Positions 1-9,539 are shown, numbered from the stretch's first letter. The stretch: DNA of 64,000 nt from an uncultured delta proteobacterium (GCA_963796055.1 CAWCKH010000004.1:576001-640000), one strand, 5' to 3'. Notes: generated by a model from the letters alone, not told the origin. Numbers and translations are program-made.

Positions 1-505
1 CGTCCGCTTCGTGCTCGACCACTTCCCCCGCGGGCTCATCGGGCTGCTGGTCGCGGTCATCCTCTCGGCGGCGATGTCCGCCAACTCTGCGGCGCTGTCC
101 TCGCTGGGGGCCACCACCGTGGTCGACTTCTACCGGCCCAGGCACCCGGACGCGTCCGACGCACGCACCCTGGCGGTGGCGCGCTGGTCGACCGCGGCGT
201 GGGGCGCGGTGGCGGTGGGGTTCGCCACCTTCGCCTCGCTGCTGGACAACCTCATCCAGGCGGTGAACGTGCTCGGCTCCCTGTTCTACGGACCGATGCT
301 CGGGGTGTTCCTGGTGGGCTTCTTCCTCGTCCGGGTCGGCGGCCGCGCTGCCTTCTGGGCAACGGTCGCGGGCGAGATCGCCGTGCTCGCTGCAGCGACG
401 TTCGGAACCGTGGGGTTCCTCTGGTACAACGTGCTCGGATGCGCCGTGGTGGTCGGGCTCGCCCCGGTGCTGCAGCGCGTCTGGCCCCACCCCTCACCGG
501 TCTGA
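1..505 (+). CDS. Sodium:solute symporter family protein, 3' part (runs in from the window edge)
   Basis: FPRGLIGLLVAVILSAAMSANSAALSSLGATTVVDFY and GSLFYGPMLGVF are typical SSS C-terminal TM segments; the frame is open to the window start. Confidence 0.85.
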   Translation, partial: VRFVLDHFPRGLIGLLVAVILSAAMSANSAALSSLGATTVVDFYRPRHPDASDARTLAVARWSTAAWGAVAVGFATFASLLDNLIQAVNVLGSLFYGPMLGVFLVGFFLVRVGGRAAFWATVAGEIAVLAAATFGTVGFLWYNVLGCAVVVGLAPVLQRVWPHPSPV

Positions 506-520
506 CACTGGAGAGCTTCC

Positions 521-1097
521 ATGCCCCTCTCGCGCAATGTCGTGCTCGCAGCCTGTCTCGCCCTTTCGCTCCCGGTCTTCGCCCAGGGTGCGGCCCCCTC
601 CGCGACGGCGCCCGGACCGGCCCCCACGTTCCAGGCCGACGCTGGCGGGGGTGCTCGGCAACGTCCAAGAGGAGATGGTCTCGCTCGAGCAGGCCATTCC
701 GCAATCCAAGTTCACCTGGCGCCCGGCGAAGGGCGTCCGGTCCGTCGCCGAGGTCTACCTGCACGCCGCGGGCGCCGGGTACTTCTTCGGCAAGATGCTC
801 GGGTTCGACGTTCCGGCGGACATCGCCGCACAGATGAAGGGTCTGGAGAAGAGCACCACCGACAAGGCCAAGATCCACAAGACGCTCACCGACTCGCTCA
901 CCTGGTTCATCGGCCAGGTGAAGCAGATGCCCGACGCCGAGCTGACCAAGACGATCGACTTCTTCGGGAAGACCCTCACCAAGCGCGCGGTGGTGATGGA
1001 GGCGCTCGGCCACTACGAGGAGCACCTCGGGCAGTCGATCGCCTACGCCCGGATGAACGGCGTCGTCCCGCCCTGGAGCAAGGGGGGCAAGTCCTAG
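521..1097 (+). CDS. Secreted DinB-family protein, frameshifted near 641
   Basis: Signal peptide MPLSRNVVLAACLALSLPVFAQ is in the 521 frame; DinB core WRPAKGVRSVAEVYLH...HYEEHLGQSIAYARMNGVVPPWS is in the 537 frame. Confidence 0.8.
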
Positions 1098-1148
1098 CCC
1101 CACCCCACTCACGACCCTCCGCGTTGCCGTCTTCCCGGGAAGAGCTTC

Positions 1149-1610
1149 TCAGCCGGGGCGCAGCACCAGCGCGCCGGTGGTCCGCCGTGACTCGAGCGTC
1201 CGGTGGGCCTCCGCCGCGTCGACGAGGGGAAAGGTCTGCTCCACCCGCGGCGTGAGCCAGCCCTCGGCGAGCCCGGCGAACAGCGCCTCCGCCGCCGGCT
1301 CCAGCTCGTCCCTCCGGGCGATGAACTCGCGGATCGACGGCGCGGTGACCGTGACCGCGCGGGCGTGGAGCTCGGAGGGATCGAGCAGCGGATAGCGCCC
1401 ACTGGCGTGTCCGTGGGCCACCAGGAGCCCACGCCGCGCCACGCAGAGCAGCGACTCGCGCAGGGTCGAGCCGGAGGCGTCGAGCACCACCCGGACCCCC
1501 TCCGGGCGACGGCGGCGGAGCTCGTCGGCGAACCGCCCGAGCTCCGGCGTTCGCCGCGCATCGGCGCCGTCGCGGACTTCCTGACCGAGCGGCTTCCCCA
1601 GGCGCTCCAC
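1149..1610 (-). pseudogene. C-terminal remnant of an NADPH:quinone oxidoreductase (Qor/zeta-crystallin, MDR family)
   Basis: GVRVVLDASG...GHASG...FPLVDAAEAHRTLESRRTTGALVL matches the Qor C-terminus; the GroES-like N-domain and GxGxxG region are absent. Confidence 0.65.
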
Positions 1611-1766
1611 TCCGGCACACGCGCGCGCGGCTGACCCGCGATTCCCGAATGCACGCGGGAGCGCCCGGCGGGCGGACTGCTCTCCGGCCTGACCAGCACA
1701 GGGATTCGCCGCGACTGTTGATACCTACACCGACGCACCGGGTCATGACGGCTAAAGGCCGCGCCC

Positions 1767-2822
1767 GTGACGCGACGGCACCTTCCACTCCTGACCCTTC
1801 TCAACCTGCTTCTCACCCTCACCGCCTGCGACGGCCTGCCCGATCCCTCGAACACCCCCGTGGTTCGCAAGGGGCGCCTCGCGCCCGGAACTGGCGGCGA
1901 TCCGACGACGCCCTCCGCTCCCGGTCCCGACGCCGGAACGGTGGATGCCGGAACGGTCGACGCGGGCACCGCCGTGCCCACCTCCGACGTGGCCCCGAGC
2001 GGCATCTTCCCGCCGGACAGCGCGTGGAACACCCGCATCGACGACGCCCCCATGGACCCACGCTCCGACGCCTACATCGCCTCGATGGGCGCCGACGATC
2101 CGCTGGTCGCGAGCTGGGACGCCGAAGGGAACGGTCTCCCGTACATCGAGGTGGGCAAGGACCAGGCGAAGGTGCCGGTGCACTTCTGGGGGTACCCCAA
2201 GGAGAGTGACCCCGGTCCGTACCCCATTCCGTGGCAAGCGCCGATCGACCTCAGCGCCGACCACCACGTCCTCGTGGTCGATCGCGCGAACGGCTGGCTC
2301 TACGAGCTGTTCCGCGCATCGCGAAACGCCGACGGCTCCTGGCAGGCATCCAACGGGGCGAGGTGGAACCTGCGCACCAACGACCGGCGACCCTACCGCT
2401 GGACCTCCGCCGATGCCGCGGGGATGCCAATCTTCCCGGGGGTCGTCCGCTGGGACGAGGTGGAGGCAGGCTGGATCGGCCACGCGCTCCGATTCGCGGT
2501 CAACAAGAGTCAGCGCGGCTTCGTCTGGCCGGCCAGCCACGCCGCAGGGAGCTGCGCGCTCGGCTCGGACTGCCCACCGATGGGGCTGCGGGTGCGGCTC
2601 AAGAAGTCGGTGGACATCTCGCGCTTCAGCCCGAGGATGCAGGTGGTGCTCAGGGCGCTGCAGCAGTACGGGATGTTCGTCGCCGACAACACCGCTGCGA
2701 CCAGCTGGTGGGTGGCAGGGGCGCCCGACCGGCGCTGGTCCGACGAGGAGAACCTGACCCTCGGCGCGCTCCACGGGCGCGACTTCGAGGTCGTCGCGCA
2801 CGGCGAGATCCAGCCGCAGTAG
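1767..2822 (+). CDS. Uncharacterised lipoprotein
   Basis: Lipobox LTAC, DAGTV linker repeats, and conserved-looking motifs WTSADAAGMPIFPG, HALRF, ALQQYGMFVADN. Confidence 0.75.
   Translation: MTRRHLPLLTLLNLLLTLTACDGLPDPSNTPVVRKGRLAPGTGGDPTTPSAPGPDAGTVDAGTVDAGTAVPTSDVAPSGIFPPDSAWNTRIDDAPMDPRSDAYIASMGADDPLVASWDAEGNGLPYIEVGKDQAKVPVHFWGYPKESDPGPYPIPWQAPIDLSADHHVLVVDRANGWLYELFRASRNADGSWQASNGARWNLRTNDRRPYRWTSADAAGMPIFPGVVRWDEVEAGWIGHALRFAVNKSQRGFVWPASHAAGSCALGSDCPPMGLRVRLKKSVDISRFSPRMQVVLRALQQYGMFVADNTAATSWWVAGAPDRRWSDEENLTLGALHGRDFEVVAHGEIQPQ
1929..1970 (+). repeat. 15-bp tandem coding repeat (DAGTV x ~3)
   Basis: gacgccggaacggtg gatgccggaacggtc gacgcgggcacc. Confidence 0.7.
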
Positions 2823-2883
2823 CAAGGTGGGGAGGGAGCTGAGGTAGCTTCCCGGGCCCTCTCCGTCGCACCGCCGAGGCCCG

Positions 2884-3951
2884 ATGAAGCACTGGTCGAC
2901 CGTCGCCCCGCTCCTCGCCGCCCTGCTGCTCGGCGTGGCCGCCGTCCTTGTCCCGAGCCCACTCCTGGCCGCGGTCTGCGGCCTGGCCCTGGTGGGTGCG
3001 GTGCTGGCCGCCGTGCACCACGCCGAGGTGGTGGCCCACAAGGTCGGCGAGCCGCTGGGCACCCTGGTCCTCGCCCTGGCGGTGACGATCATCGAGACCT
3101 CGTTGATCGTCTCCCTGATGTTCGCCGGAGGACCGGACACGGCCGTCCTCGCTCGTGACACCGTCTACGCGGCGGTGATGATCATCTGCAACGGGGTCAT
3201 CGGTCTCTGCATCCTCGTCGGAGGCATCCGGCACCGCGAGCAGTCCTTCCGCATCGAGGGAGCGGGGCCGGCGTTCGCCGCCCTGGTGGCGCTCGCCACC
3301 CTGGTGCTGGTGCTTCCCGGATTCACCACCAGCGCGCCGGGCCCGGCGTACACCCCGGTGCAGCTGGCCTTCGCCGGGCTGTGCTCGCTGGTGCTCTGGG
3401 GAGTGTTCGTCTTCGTCCAGACCATCCGGCACCGCGACTACTTCCTTCCGGCCCACGACGCCGCCGCCGAGGGCGAGCACCTGCCTCCCCCCACCGCGCT
3501 CGCCGCATGGGTGAGCCTCGGGCTGCTGCTCGTCTCGCTGGTCGGGGTGGTGGGCCTGGCGAAGGTGCTCTCGCCGAGGATCGAGGCAGCGGTCCGCGAC
3601 GCCGGCGCTCCGGAGGCGGTGATCGGCATCGCGATCGCCATGCTGGTCCTGCTCCCCGAGACCGTGGCCGCCGTGCGCGCCGCCCGCGCCAACCGGCTCC
3701 AGACCAGCATGAACCTGGCCCTGGGCTCGGCGCTGGCCACCATCGGTCTCACCATCCCGGCGGTGGTCGTGGCCTCGCAGCTGTTCCACCTCCCGGTCAG
3801 CCTCGGCCTGGACCCCAAGGACCTGGTCCTCCTCGGGCTCACCTTCATCGTCGGGGCGGTGACACTCGGTCCGGGGCGGACCAGCATCATGCAGGGCGCG
3901 GTGCACCTGGTGGTCTTCGCCGCGTTCCTCTTCCTGTCGCTCGTTCCCTAG
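2884..3951 (+). CDS. Ca2+/H+ antiporter, CaCA family (ChaA/Y4hA-like)
   Basis: VHHAEVVAHKVGEPLGTLVLALAVTIIE and LLPE...NLALGSALATIGLTIP alpha repeats; about 10 TM segments. Confidence 0.9.
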   Translation: MKHWSTVAPLLAALLLGVAAVLVPSPLLAAVCGLALVGAVLAAVHHAEVVAHKVGEPLGTLVLALAVTIIETSLIVSLMFAGGPDTAVLARDTVYAAVMIICNGVIGLCILVGGIRHREQSFRIEGAGPAFAALVALATLVLVLPGFTTSAPGPAYTPVQLAFAGLCSLVLWGVFVFVQTIRHRDYFLPAHDAAAEGEHLPPPTALAAWVSLGLLLVSLVGVVGLAKVLSPRIEAAVRDAGAPEAVIGIAIAMLVLLPETVAAVRAARANRLQTSMNLALGSALATIGLTIPAVVVASQLFHLPVSLGLDPKDLVLLGLTFIVGAVTLGPGRTSIMQGAVHLVVFAAFLFLSLVP

Positions 3952-4091
3952 GGCGGCGCCTGCTCATCGTCCTCGCGACGCTGCTGGTGCTCTACACGGC
4001 GTTCGGGTTCCTCACGGCTCACCGCGGCGCTGCACCGAGAGACCGCCACCATCGCCCGGGCGGGGCGCGGGTCTACTTCACCCTCAAGTAG
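3951..4091 (+). pseudogene. Collapsed gene stub resembling the N- and C-termini of a DUF748-type protein
   Basis: RRLLIVLATLLVLYTAFGFL is joined after about 20 codons to RVYFTLK-stop; no start codon or RBS. Confidence 0.35.
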
Positions 4092-4102
4092 CGGCGCGGG
4101 GC

Positions 4103-5989
4103 TCACCACGGGTAGTAGCGCGCGTCGAAGGCGACCTTCAGGTACACGAGCCAGCTCGTGCCGAGGTCCGGCCCCGGCGCTCCCGGCGGGTCCACCAGGT
4201 GCGCGTTGTTCGGCATGTCCACTCCAAAGCCGAGCTGCAGCGCCACGGTGAGCGCCTGGTTGGTGGCGAACGTCCGGAAGGGGCGGTACTCCACGATGGG
4301 AAAGTCGAGCTGCGCCGAGCGGTAGGAGTACGCGGTGACGACGCCGTTGACGTCGGTGTATCCGCGAATGCCCTCCTTGCCGTAGCCGAAGAGGGCGACC
4401 CCCACCTCACGTCCGAGCAGGAACTGGAATGCACCGATGCCGGTGTTCAAGGTCCGCTGCCAGGGGATGACACCGCCGCTGGCGGCGATGATGCCCATCT
4501 GCTTCAACGCGTTCTTGTCCACGAGCAGCAGGACGGGCGCGGCCAGCAGGAGGTCCCCCGGGAGCAGCCAGAAGGGCATGTGCACCCGGATGCCGAGTCC
4601 GTTCCGCCCCAGCACCCGTGGGATGCCCGCGGAACTGAGCGCGTCTCCCCCGCACTCCCCGCACAGGTCCGACTGGTCGGCCTGATACACGACTCCCACC
4701 TGGACGAATGCCAGCCCCGCGCCGCTCGAGCCGATGACTGCATCGAGACCGACGCCGAAGCGCACGCCAATCTCGGCCTGCCCGAACGGACGCCCGTGAG
4801 CGGACTCGGGGGCGTCGTAGCCGCCGAATGCGCCGCCGCCGAAAAGGCCTGCGGCGAAGCCGATGAACGGCCCCACCTCCTGGCGGAAGTGCGGCAGGTG
4901 CACGTCGCCCGCAGGACGGGTGGGCACCGGCGTCTGCTTGATGATGTCGTCGCGCAAGAGACCCGAGTCCGGAGGGCTCACGAAAGGCGGCTGCTTCGTC
5001 GCCGTGCAGATGTCCACGCTCGGAGCAGCGGTGGCCATCGCCGCGTCCACCTCTGTGCCCACCTTGCTCGCCCCACCCTTTCCCAGCGCCGCGTCGGCGA
5101 GCTGAGCCCAGGCGTCCGAGACCAGCCGCGAGGTGCGCTCCAGGTCCTCGGGGCGCATGTGGGCATCGCCCTTGAGCGTCTGCAGCGTCCCGGCCCAGGT
5201 GCTGCCGTCGAGCCCTGCCTCGCAGTAGTAGTCGTGCGTGCCCTTGCGTTCGGCGACGCCGCCCCAGCTGCCGGCGACGTGGCCGGCGCTGAAGGAGTCC
5301 TCGATGAAATGAAGGGCGAAGGCCTCGGTGGCCAGCACCTGCGCGGCCAGCACCCGGTCGTCGGGGTGCGCCCGCCACCGGGCCGCAAGCCCGAGCGCGG
5401 AGAAATGGTAGTAGAGGAAGAGCCCCATCGCGTTGGGCTCGGTGCTGGTGGAGACCGCCCGCGCCAGGTAGGCGCCCAGCTCGTCCTCGGTGCGCGGGAG
5501 CAGGAAGTGCGCGGTGTTCGCCGCGGCCCGGCTCGAGTATTCGCGGTCGACCTGCTCCAGCCTGAGGTTGGAGAGAGCCCAGGCGTCGAGCCGGGCGGAC
5601 TGGCTCGGGGCACCGGCCAGCCTGCGGCGCAGCTCCACGCCCACGGCCGAGACGTCCATCGCCCACTTGCTGGGGAGGACGTCCTTGCGGAGGTTTTCCG
5701 GCGAGCAGGAGTGGTCCCCGGCCAGGGCAGACCAGCTCGCGAGGTCGAGGCAGGAGCCATCGAGGCCGCCGAGCGGATCGGCGCAGGAGTTCTTCAGCGG
5801 CTCGGAGCCCGCGGTGGCCACGGTCCAGAGTCTGCCGAGCACCTCCTGCCGGGCGGGCGTCAGCCGGCCGAATGCTGCCGCGGAGATGTCCCGGTGCTCC
5901 GGGTAGGTCCAGGCGCAGAGGAGCAGCGGGGCGAGGACGGTCGCGAGGACGCGCTGCGATGTCCGCCGTCGCAGCCCCCCCGTGCTCAC
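4103..5989 (-). CDS. Secreted protein with a Zn-dependent phospholipase C / S1-P1 nuclease-like N-domain and a beta-rich C-domain
   Basis: GTG start at 5989; signal peptide ends LLLCA|WTYPEH; motifs HFIEDSFSAGH and THD; aromatic C-terminus. Confidence 0.6.
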   Translation of the reverse strand: MSTGGLRRRTSQRVLATVLAPLLLCAWTYPEHRDISAAAFGRLTPARQEVLGRLWTVATAGSEPLKNSCADPLGGLDGSCLDLASWSALAGDHSCSPENLRKDVLPSKWAMDVSAVGVELRRRLAGAPSQSARLDAWALSNLRLEQVDREYSSRAAANTAHFLLPRTEDELGAYLARAVSTSTEPNAMGLFLYYHFSALGLAARWRAHPDDRVLAAQVLATEAFALHFIEDSFSAGHVAGSWGGVAERKGTHDYYCEAGLDGSTWAGTLQTLKGDAHMRPEDLERTSRLVSDAWAQLADAALGKGGASKVGTEVDAAMATAAPSVDICTATKQPPFVSPPDSGLLRDDIIKQTPVPTRPAGDVHLPHFRQEVGPFIGFAAGLFGGGAFGGYDAPESAHGRPFGQAEIGVRFGVGLDAVIGSSGAGLAFVQVGVVYQADQSDLCGECGGDALSSAGIPRVLGRNGLGIRVHMPFWLLPGDLLLAAPVLLLVDKNALKQMGIIAASGGVIPWQRTLNTGIGAFQFLLGREVGVALFGYGKEGIRGYTDVNGVVTAYSYRSAQLDFPIVEYRPFRTFATNQALTVALQLGFGVDMPNNAHLVDPPGAPGPDLGTSWLVYLKVAFDARYYPW

Positions 5990-6138
5990 CCCTGTCCCCC
6001 TTCGAGCAGCCCCAGCCCGCAGAGGATCTCGCAAGCGCCGCCGATGGCCACCGGCGCGGCCGGCGCGGGGAGCCACCGGGGGACGATTCGGACGTAGACC
6101 ATCAGCCCGGCCAGGAGGACGAGGAGGGCGACGTGCAC
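5986..6138 (-). pseudogene. DoxX-like membrane protein fragment
   Basis: YVRIVPRWLPAPAAPVAIGGACEILCGLGLL resembles the DoxX-family N-terminal half; it stops early, overlapping the next GTG. Confidence 0.4.
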
Positions 6139-6349
6139 CGCTGCATCGTAGGCTGACCAGCCCCCGGACGTCAGCCGTCGAGTGAGGGCCTTCGGTGCGC
6201 AAGCTGGCCGGCGCCCGCCGCGATGGGGGGAAGGCACCGCAGCACGACGTCTTGACGAACGGCCCAGGCCGACGCCCGTGTACTCACAACGACGTGGACG
6301 TTCGTCGCTCGATGGCGAGTCCGAGCCGGACGGAGTAGGTGCACACCCG

Positions 6350-7081
6350 ATGCATCGACCTTCGCGCGTCCTCCTCGCCGGCGGCCTCCTGGCGTTGCTC
6401 TGGTGCCCGCCACCCGCCCGGGCGTGAGGCATTGCGCCGCCCGTGGGTCTCACGGGCACCTGCGGTGCGGCGCTCGACGAGGAGCGCCGCTTCCAGCTGG
6501 CGATCACCGGTGCCGGGCTCCGGACGGATTTGAAATTCGACCAGACCCGGCAGCATCTCGAGGAGGCCAGCACTGCGGTGGCCTTCACCTATCGTCCCTC
6601 CGCGCTGTCTTTCCAGGTGTCGCTGGGGGCCGTCGTCGCCGGGAGCGTGACCGGACCGCTCGGGGACTACGACCTGAAGCCCGGCATCGTCGCCAGCGGC
6701 TCGGTCGCGTACACCCTGCTGGACGGGGAGGGGCCGCGCCCGTACCTCGCTCTGATCGGCACCCTCAGCCTCTCCATCGCCCCCACGCAGTCGAGGTCCA
6801 GCCCCCTCGACCGGCCGGACTTCACCGCCTCCGACATCCGCGCCTCGGTCGTGCTCGGGAAGCGGCTGTTCGAGCTCTGGATGCCGTACGTCGGCGCGGC
6901 GGTGTTCGGGGGCCCGGTGTGGTTCGCGCCAGGCGGCCAGTCCCACACCGGCAGCGACGTGTACCATTACCAGCTGAGCGCAGGCTCGAGCTTCATCCTC
7001 CCCGCGCACCTGGAGGTCTTCGTCGAGGTCGGGTTCCTCGGCGAGCAGGCTGTACTGGGCGGGCTCGGCTGGTCATTCTGA
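6350..7081 (+). CDS. Candidate selenoprotein (243 aa, Sec26), secreted/outer-membrane beta-barrel
   Basis: ATG 6350 encodes a 25-aa signal peptide ending ARA; TGA 6425-6427 is in frame with the 6443-7081 ORF; a SECIS-like hairpin follows; C-terminus LGGLGWSF. Confidence 0.75.
6428..6468 (+). promoter_or_regulatory. Bacterial SECIS-like element
   Basis: Upper stem gcccgtg(6439-6445)/cacgggc(6451-6457) with loop GGTCT, starting 11 nt after TGA; lower stem gcattgcg(6429-6436)/tgcggtgc(6461-6468) pairs with G-U wobbles. Confidence 0.75.
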
Positions 7082-7219
7082 CCCTCGCGCGGCGCTTCCC
7101 TTGTCCGAACGTGCACGATCCCAGGGACGAGTCGCGCCTGGCTCGGCACCAAGGTGCACCACCGCCCACGCCGTCGGCGTTGTAGGAAGCCTCCGGCCGC
7201 GTCGCGAGAGAAGGTCCGC

Positions 7220-7738
7220 ATGGACAGATCGATCCGGGTGTGGTTCCTGGGCGTCGTCGCGTTCTGTGCGGTCTATCTCCTCTGCCTGCAGCGTCACTGG
7301 GGTCTCATCGCGCCGAAGCCGGTCGGGGCCGCCCCGGCGGCGAGCGTCCGGGAGGTTGCGGCCCCGCCGAGGCCGGAGCCGATCCAGGACACGGTGGACA
7401 CGCTGCTCACCGGGACGGTGATCGAGTTCCAGACCGGCAGCGCGGCGCTCCGTCCAGAGAGCCTCGGCGTGCTCGGGGCGATCGCCTCGACGCTTCAGAA
7501 GCATCCTGAGGCCCGAGTGCAGATCGAGGGCCACACCGACGCCTCGGGCAGCCCGGAGGAGAACCAGGGGCTGAGCGAGCGCCGGGCGGAGGCGGTGAAG
7601 ACCGTTCTGGTGGCGCGGGGCGTGGACGCCACGCGGATCGAGACGCTGGGCTTCGGGAGCTCGCGCCCGCTGGTCTCCGAGCGCACCCCGGAGGACCGGG
7701 CGCGGAACCGGCGCATCCATCTCACCGTGACGAGGTAG
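7220..7738 (+). CDS. OmpA-family peptidoglycan-binding protein with an N-terminal anchor
   Basis: IEFQTGSA, IEGHTD, NQGLSERRAEAV, RARNRRI. Confidence 0.9.
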   Translation: MDRSIRVWFLGVVAFCAVYLLCLQRHWGLIAPKPVGAAPAASVREVAAPPRPEPIQDTVDTLLTGTVIEFQTGSAALRPESLGVLGAIASTLQKHPEARVQIEGHTDASGSPEENQGLSERRAEAVKTVLVARGVDATRIETLGFGSSRPLVSERTPEDRARNRRIHLTVTR

Positions 7739-7757
7739 CAGCCGTGGAGGCCGAACG

Positions 7758-8618
7758 ATGCTCGCGCTGATCTCCCAGATGCTCCTGTGTCTGCTGGCCG
7801 CGGCGGTGGTCGGGTTTCTCGTTGCCTGGTTCCTCCGCGCCGGACAGGTGGCGGAGCTGACCTCGGAGGCGGAGCGGCTCCGCGCCATCGTGCCGACCGG
7901 GGTGCTTCCCTCGGCGCTCTCGACCCGGCTGGAGCTCCTCGTCCGGATGATGGAGGAGGTGAAGTCCGGCCGCCCGGCCACCGAGGCCGCGGCCACCGAG
8001 CTGCACCGCCTCCTCGAGGCCCAGCAGGGGCTGCAGGGTACCGTGTCCGAGCTGGCTCGCCGGCCACCCCCGACCCCGCCGGCGGTCGATCTGACGCCCA
8101 TCGTGCAGAGGCTGGAGACGCTCTCCGGCGACGGGGCCGAGGCGCTGGCGAACCGGGTGGAGGCGCGGCTCGACGACCTCGCCGTGGCGCTGGACGATCT
8201 CCGCAGCCGACCCTCTCCGGCGGTGGACGTCGGCCCCAGCCTGGCCACCGCTTCGGACATGGCGGCGGTCGAGCGTCGGCTGCACGCGCTGGCCCAGGAG
8301 CTCGCCGCGCTGCAGCTCCGGCTCGCCGCGCCACCGCCGCCGCCTCCTCGCCGGCCACGGCCTCCGAGGGAGGAGCGGGACGATCTGATCCTCATCCACG
8401 GGGTCGGTCCGGTGCTCCAGCGGCTGCTCCACCGGATGGGCGTTTACCGGTTCGAGCAGGTGATGCGCTGGGATGCGAACGACATCGCCGCGGTGACCGA
8501 GCGGCTTCCCAACTTCAAGGGCCGCATCGAGCGCGAGGGCTGGGTGGAGAGCGCACGGCAGCAGTACGACAGGAAGTACGGGCACCGGAGCTCCGAGGCC
8601 GCGGCCCACTCGCACTGA
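7758..8618 (+). CDS. Membrane-anchored coiled-coil protein with a C-terminal helix-hairpin-helix domain (COG3743-like)
   Basis: N-terminal TM segment; RDDLILIHGVGPVLQRLLHRMGVYRFEQV...GRIEREGWVESA. Confidence 0.75.
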   Translation: MLALISQMLLCLLAAAVVGFLVAWFLRAGQVAELTSEAERLRAIVPTGVLPSALSTRLELLVRMMEEVKSGRPATEAAATELHRLLEAQQGLQGTVSELARRPPPTPPAVDLTPIVQRLETLSGDGAEALANRVEARLDDLAVALDDLRSRPSPAVDVGPSLATASDMAAVERRLHALAQELAALQLRLAAPPPPPPRRPRPPREERDDLILIHGVGPVLQRLLHRMGVYRFEQVMRWDANDIAAVTERLPNFKGRIEREGWVESARQQYDRKYGHRSSEAAAHSH

Positions 8619-8646
8619 GGTGTCCGGTCCGGCCGGGCCGCGTGTT

Positions 8647-9520
8647 TCAGGCCTCGGCGCGCGGCTGCTCGTCGCCGGCGGCGGGTCGGGCGCGCTGCGG
8701 GGCGGCGAACAGCTCCTGGTGCAGCTCGCCGCAGATGGCCGCGGTCTCGTCCACCACCTGGGTGAGGAGGGCGTGCAGATCCTCGTCCTTCACGCGACGG
8801 GAGGCGAGGAAGGTCTCCAGCGCGGCGAGTCGCGCCTGGCAGCGCAACGCGGGAAAGGCCTGGTCTCCAGGGGTGCGGACGCTGGCCAGCCGCTGGTCCG
8901 CCTCGTGGAGACAGAAGACCAGCGAGCGCGGGAAACGCGGCTCGAGCATCAGGAAGGTGGCGACCTCCCCCGGCGTCACCCGGCCCGCCTGCGCTTCATG
9001 AAGGGCTCGAAGCCGGCACAGGCCCGGAGCAGCGACAGCCACAGCGTCTCCTCCCGCACCAGGTCCGGCGGGAGCTGCATCAGCGCGTGGTGGTGCACGT
9101 CGAGGATGCGCGCGGTCTGCCCCACCCGTTCGAGCAGGACCCCGAGCAGGATGAAGTCGAAGGCGTTGTCGTGGAGCATGGTGTGCTCCACCGCGCCGAG
9201 GATCAGCTGCGTCCCGGTGCGCACCTGGCGGTAGAACGCGTCGGGCCGCACCTCCCACTCGCACCGGCCCCGCCGTCGTTCAGCCAGACGTGCAGCTCGT
9301 TGATCGCCTCCCAGGCCTCGAGCGAGACCACCTCGCGGATGCTGCGGGCGTTCTCCCGGGCGGCGTACACCGAGTTGGCCAGGCTGGAGGGAACGGAGGA
9401 GTCCCAGGTCAGGAACTCGGTGACCCGCGACCCCTCGCCGGTGGCGGCGTTTCCGTGGCGAGCGAGGAACGTCTCGTCCTCACCGCACACCGCGAGCGCC
9501 GAGGTCCAGACCTGCGCCGC
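8647..9520 (-). pseudogene. Alpha-E domain protein (DUF403), 5'-truncated with two frameshifts (~9262, ~8992)
   Basis: AARENARSIREVVSLEAWEAIN, LGVLLERVGQTARILDV and FPRSLVFCL lie in three different frames; the first ER-motif N-terminus is missing. Confidence 0.8.
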
Positions 9521-9539
9521 GGGAAAGCCTCTGCCCTCC

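Noticed and set aside
6443..7081. Standalone 212-aa ORF starting at GTG 6443
   Set aside because: The GTG is buried in the hairpin stem, has no RBS, and the product lacks the signal peptide its barrel-like C-terminus implies; read-through from 6350 explains it better
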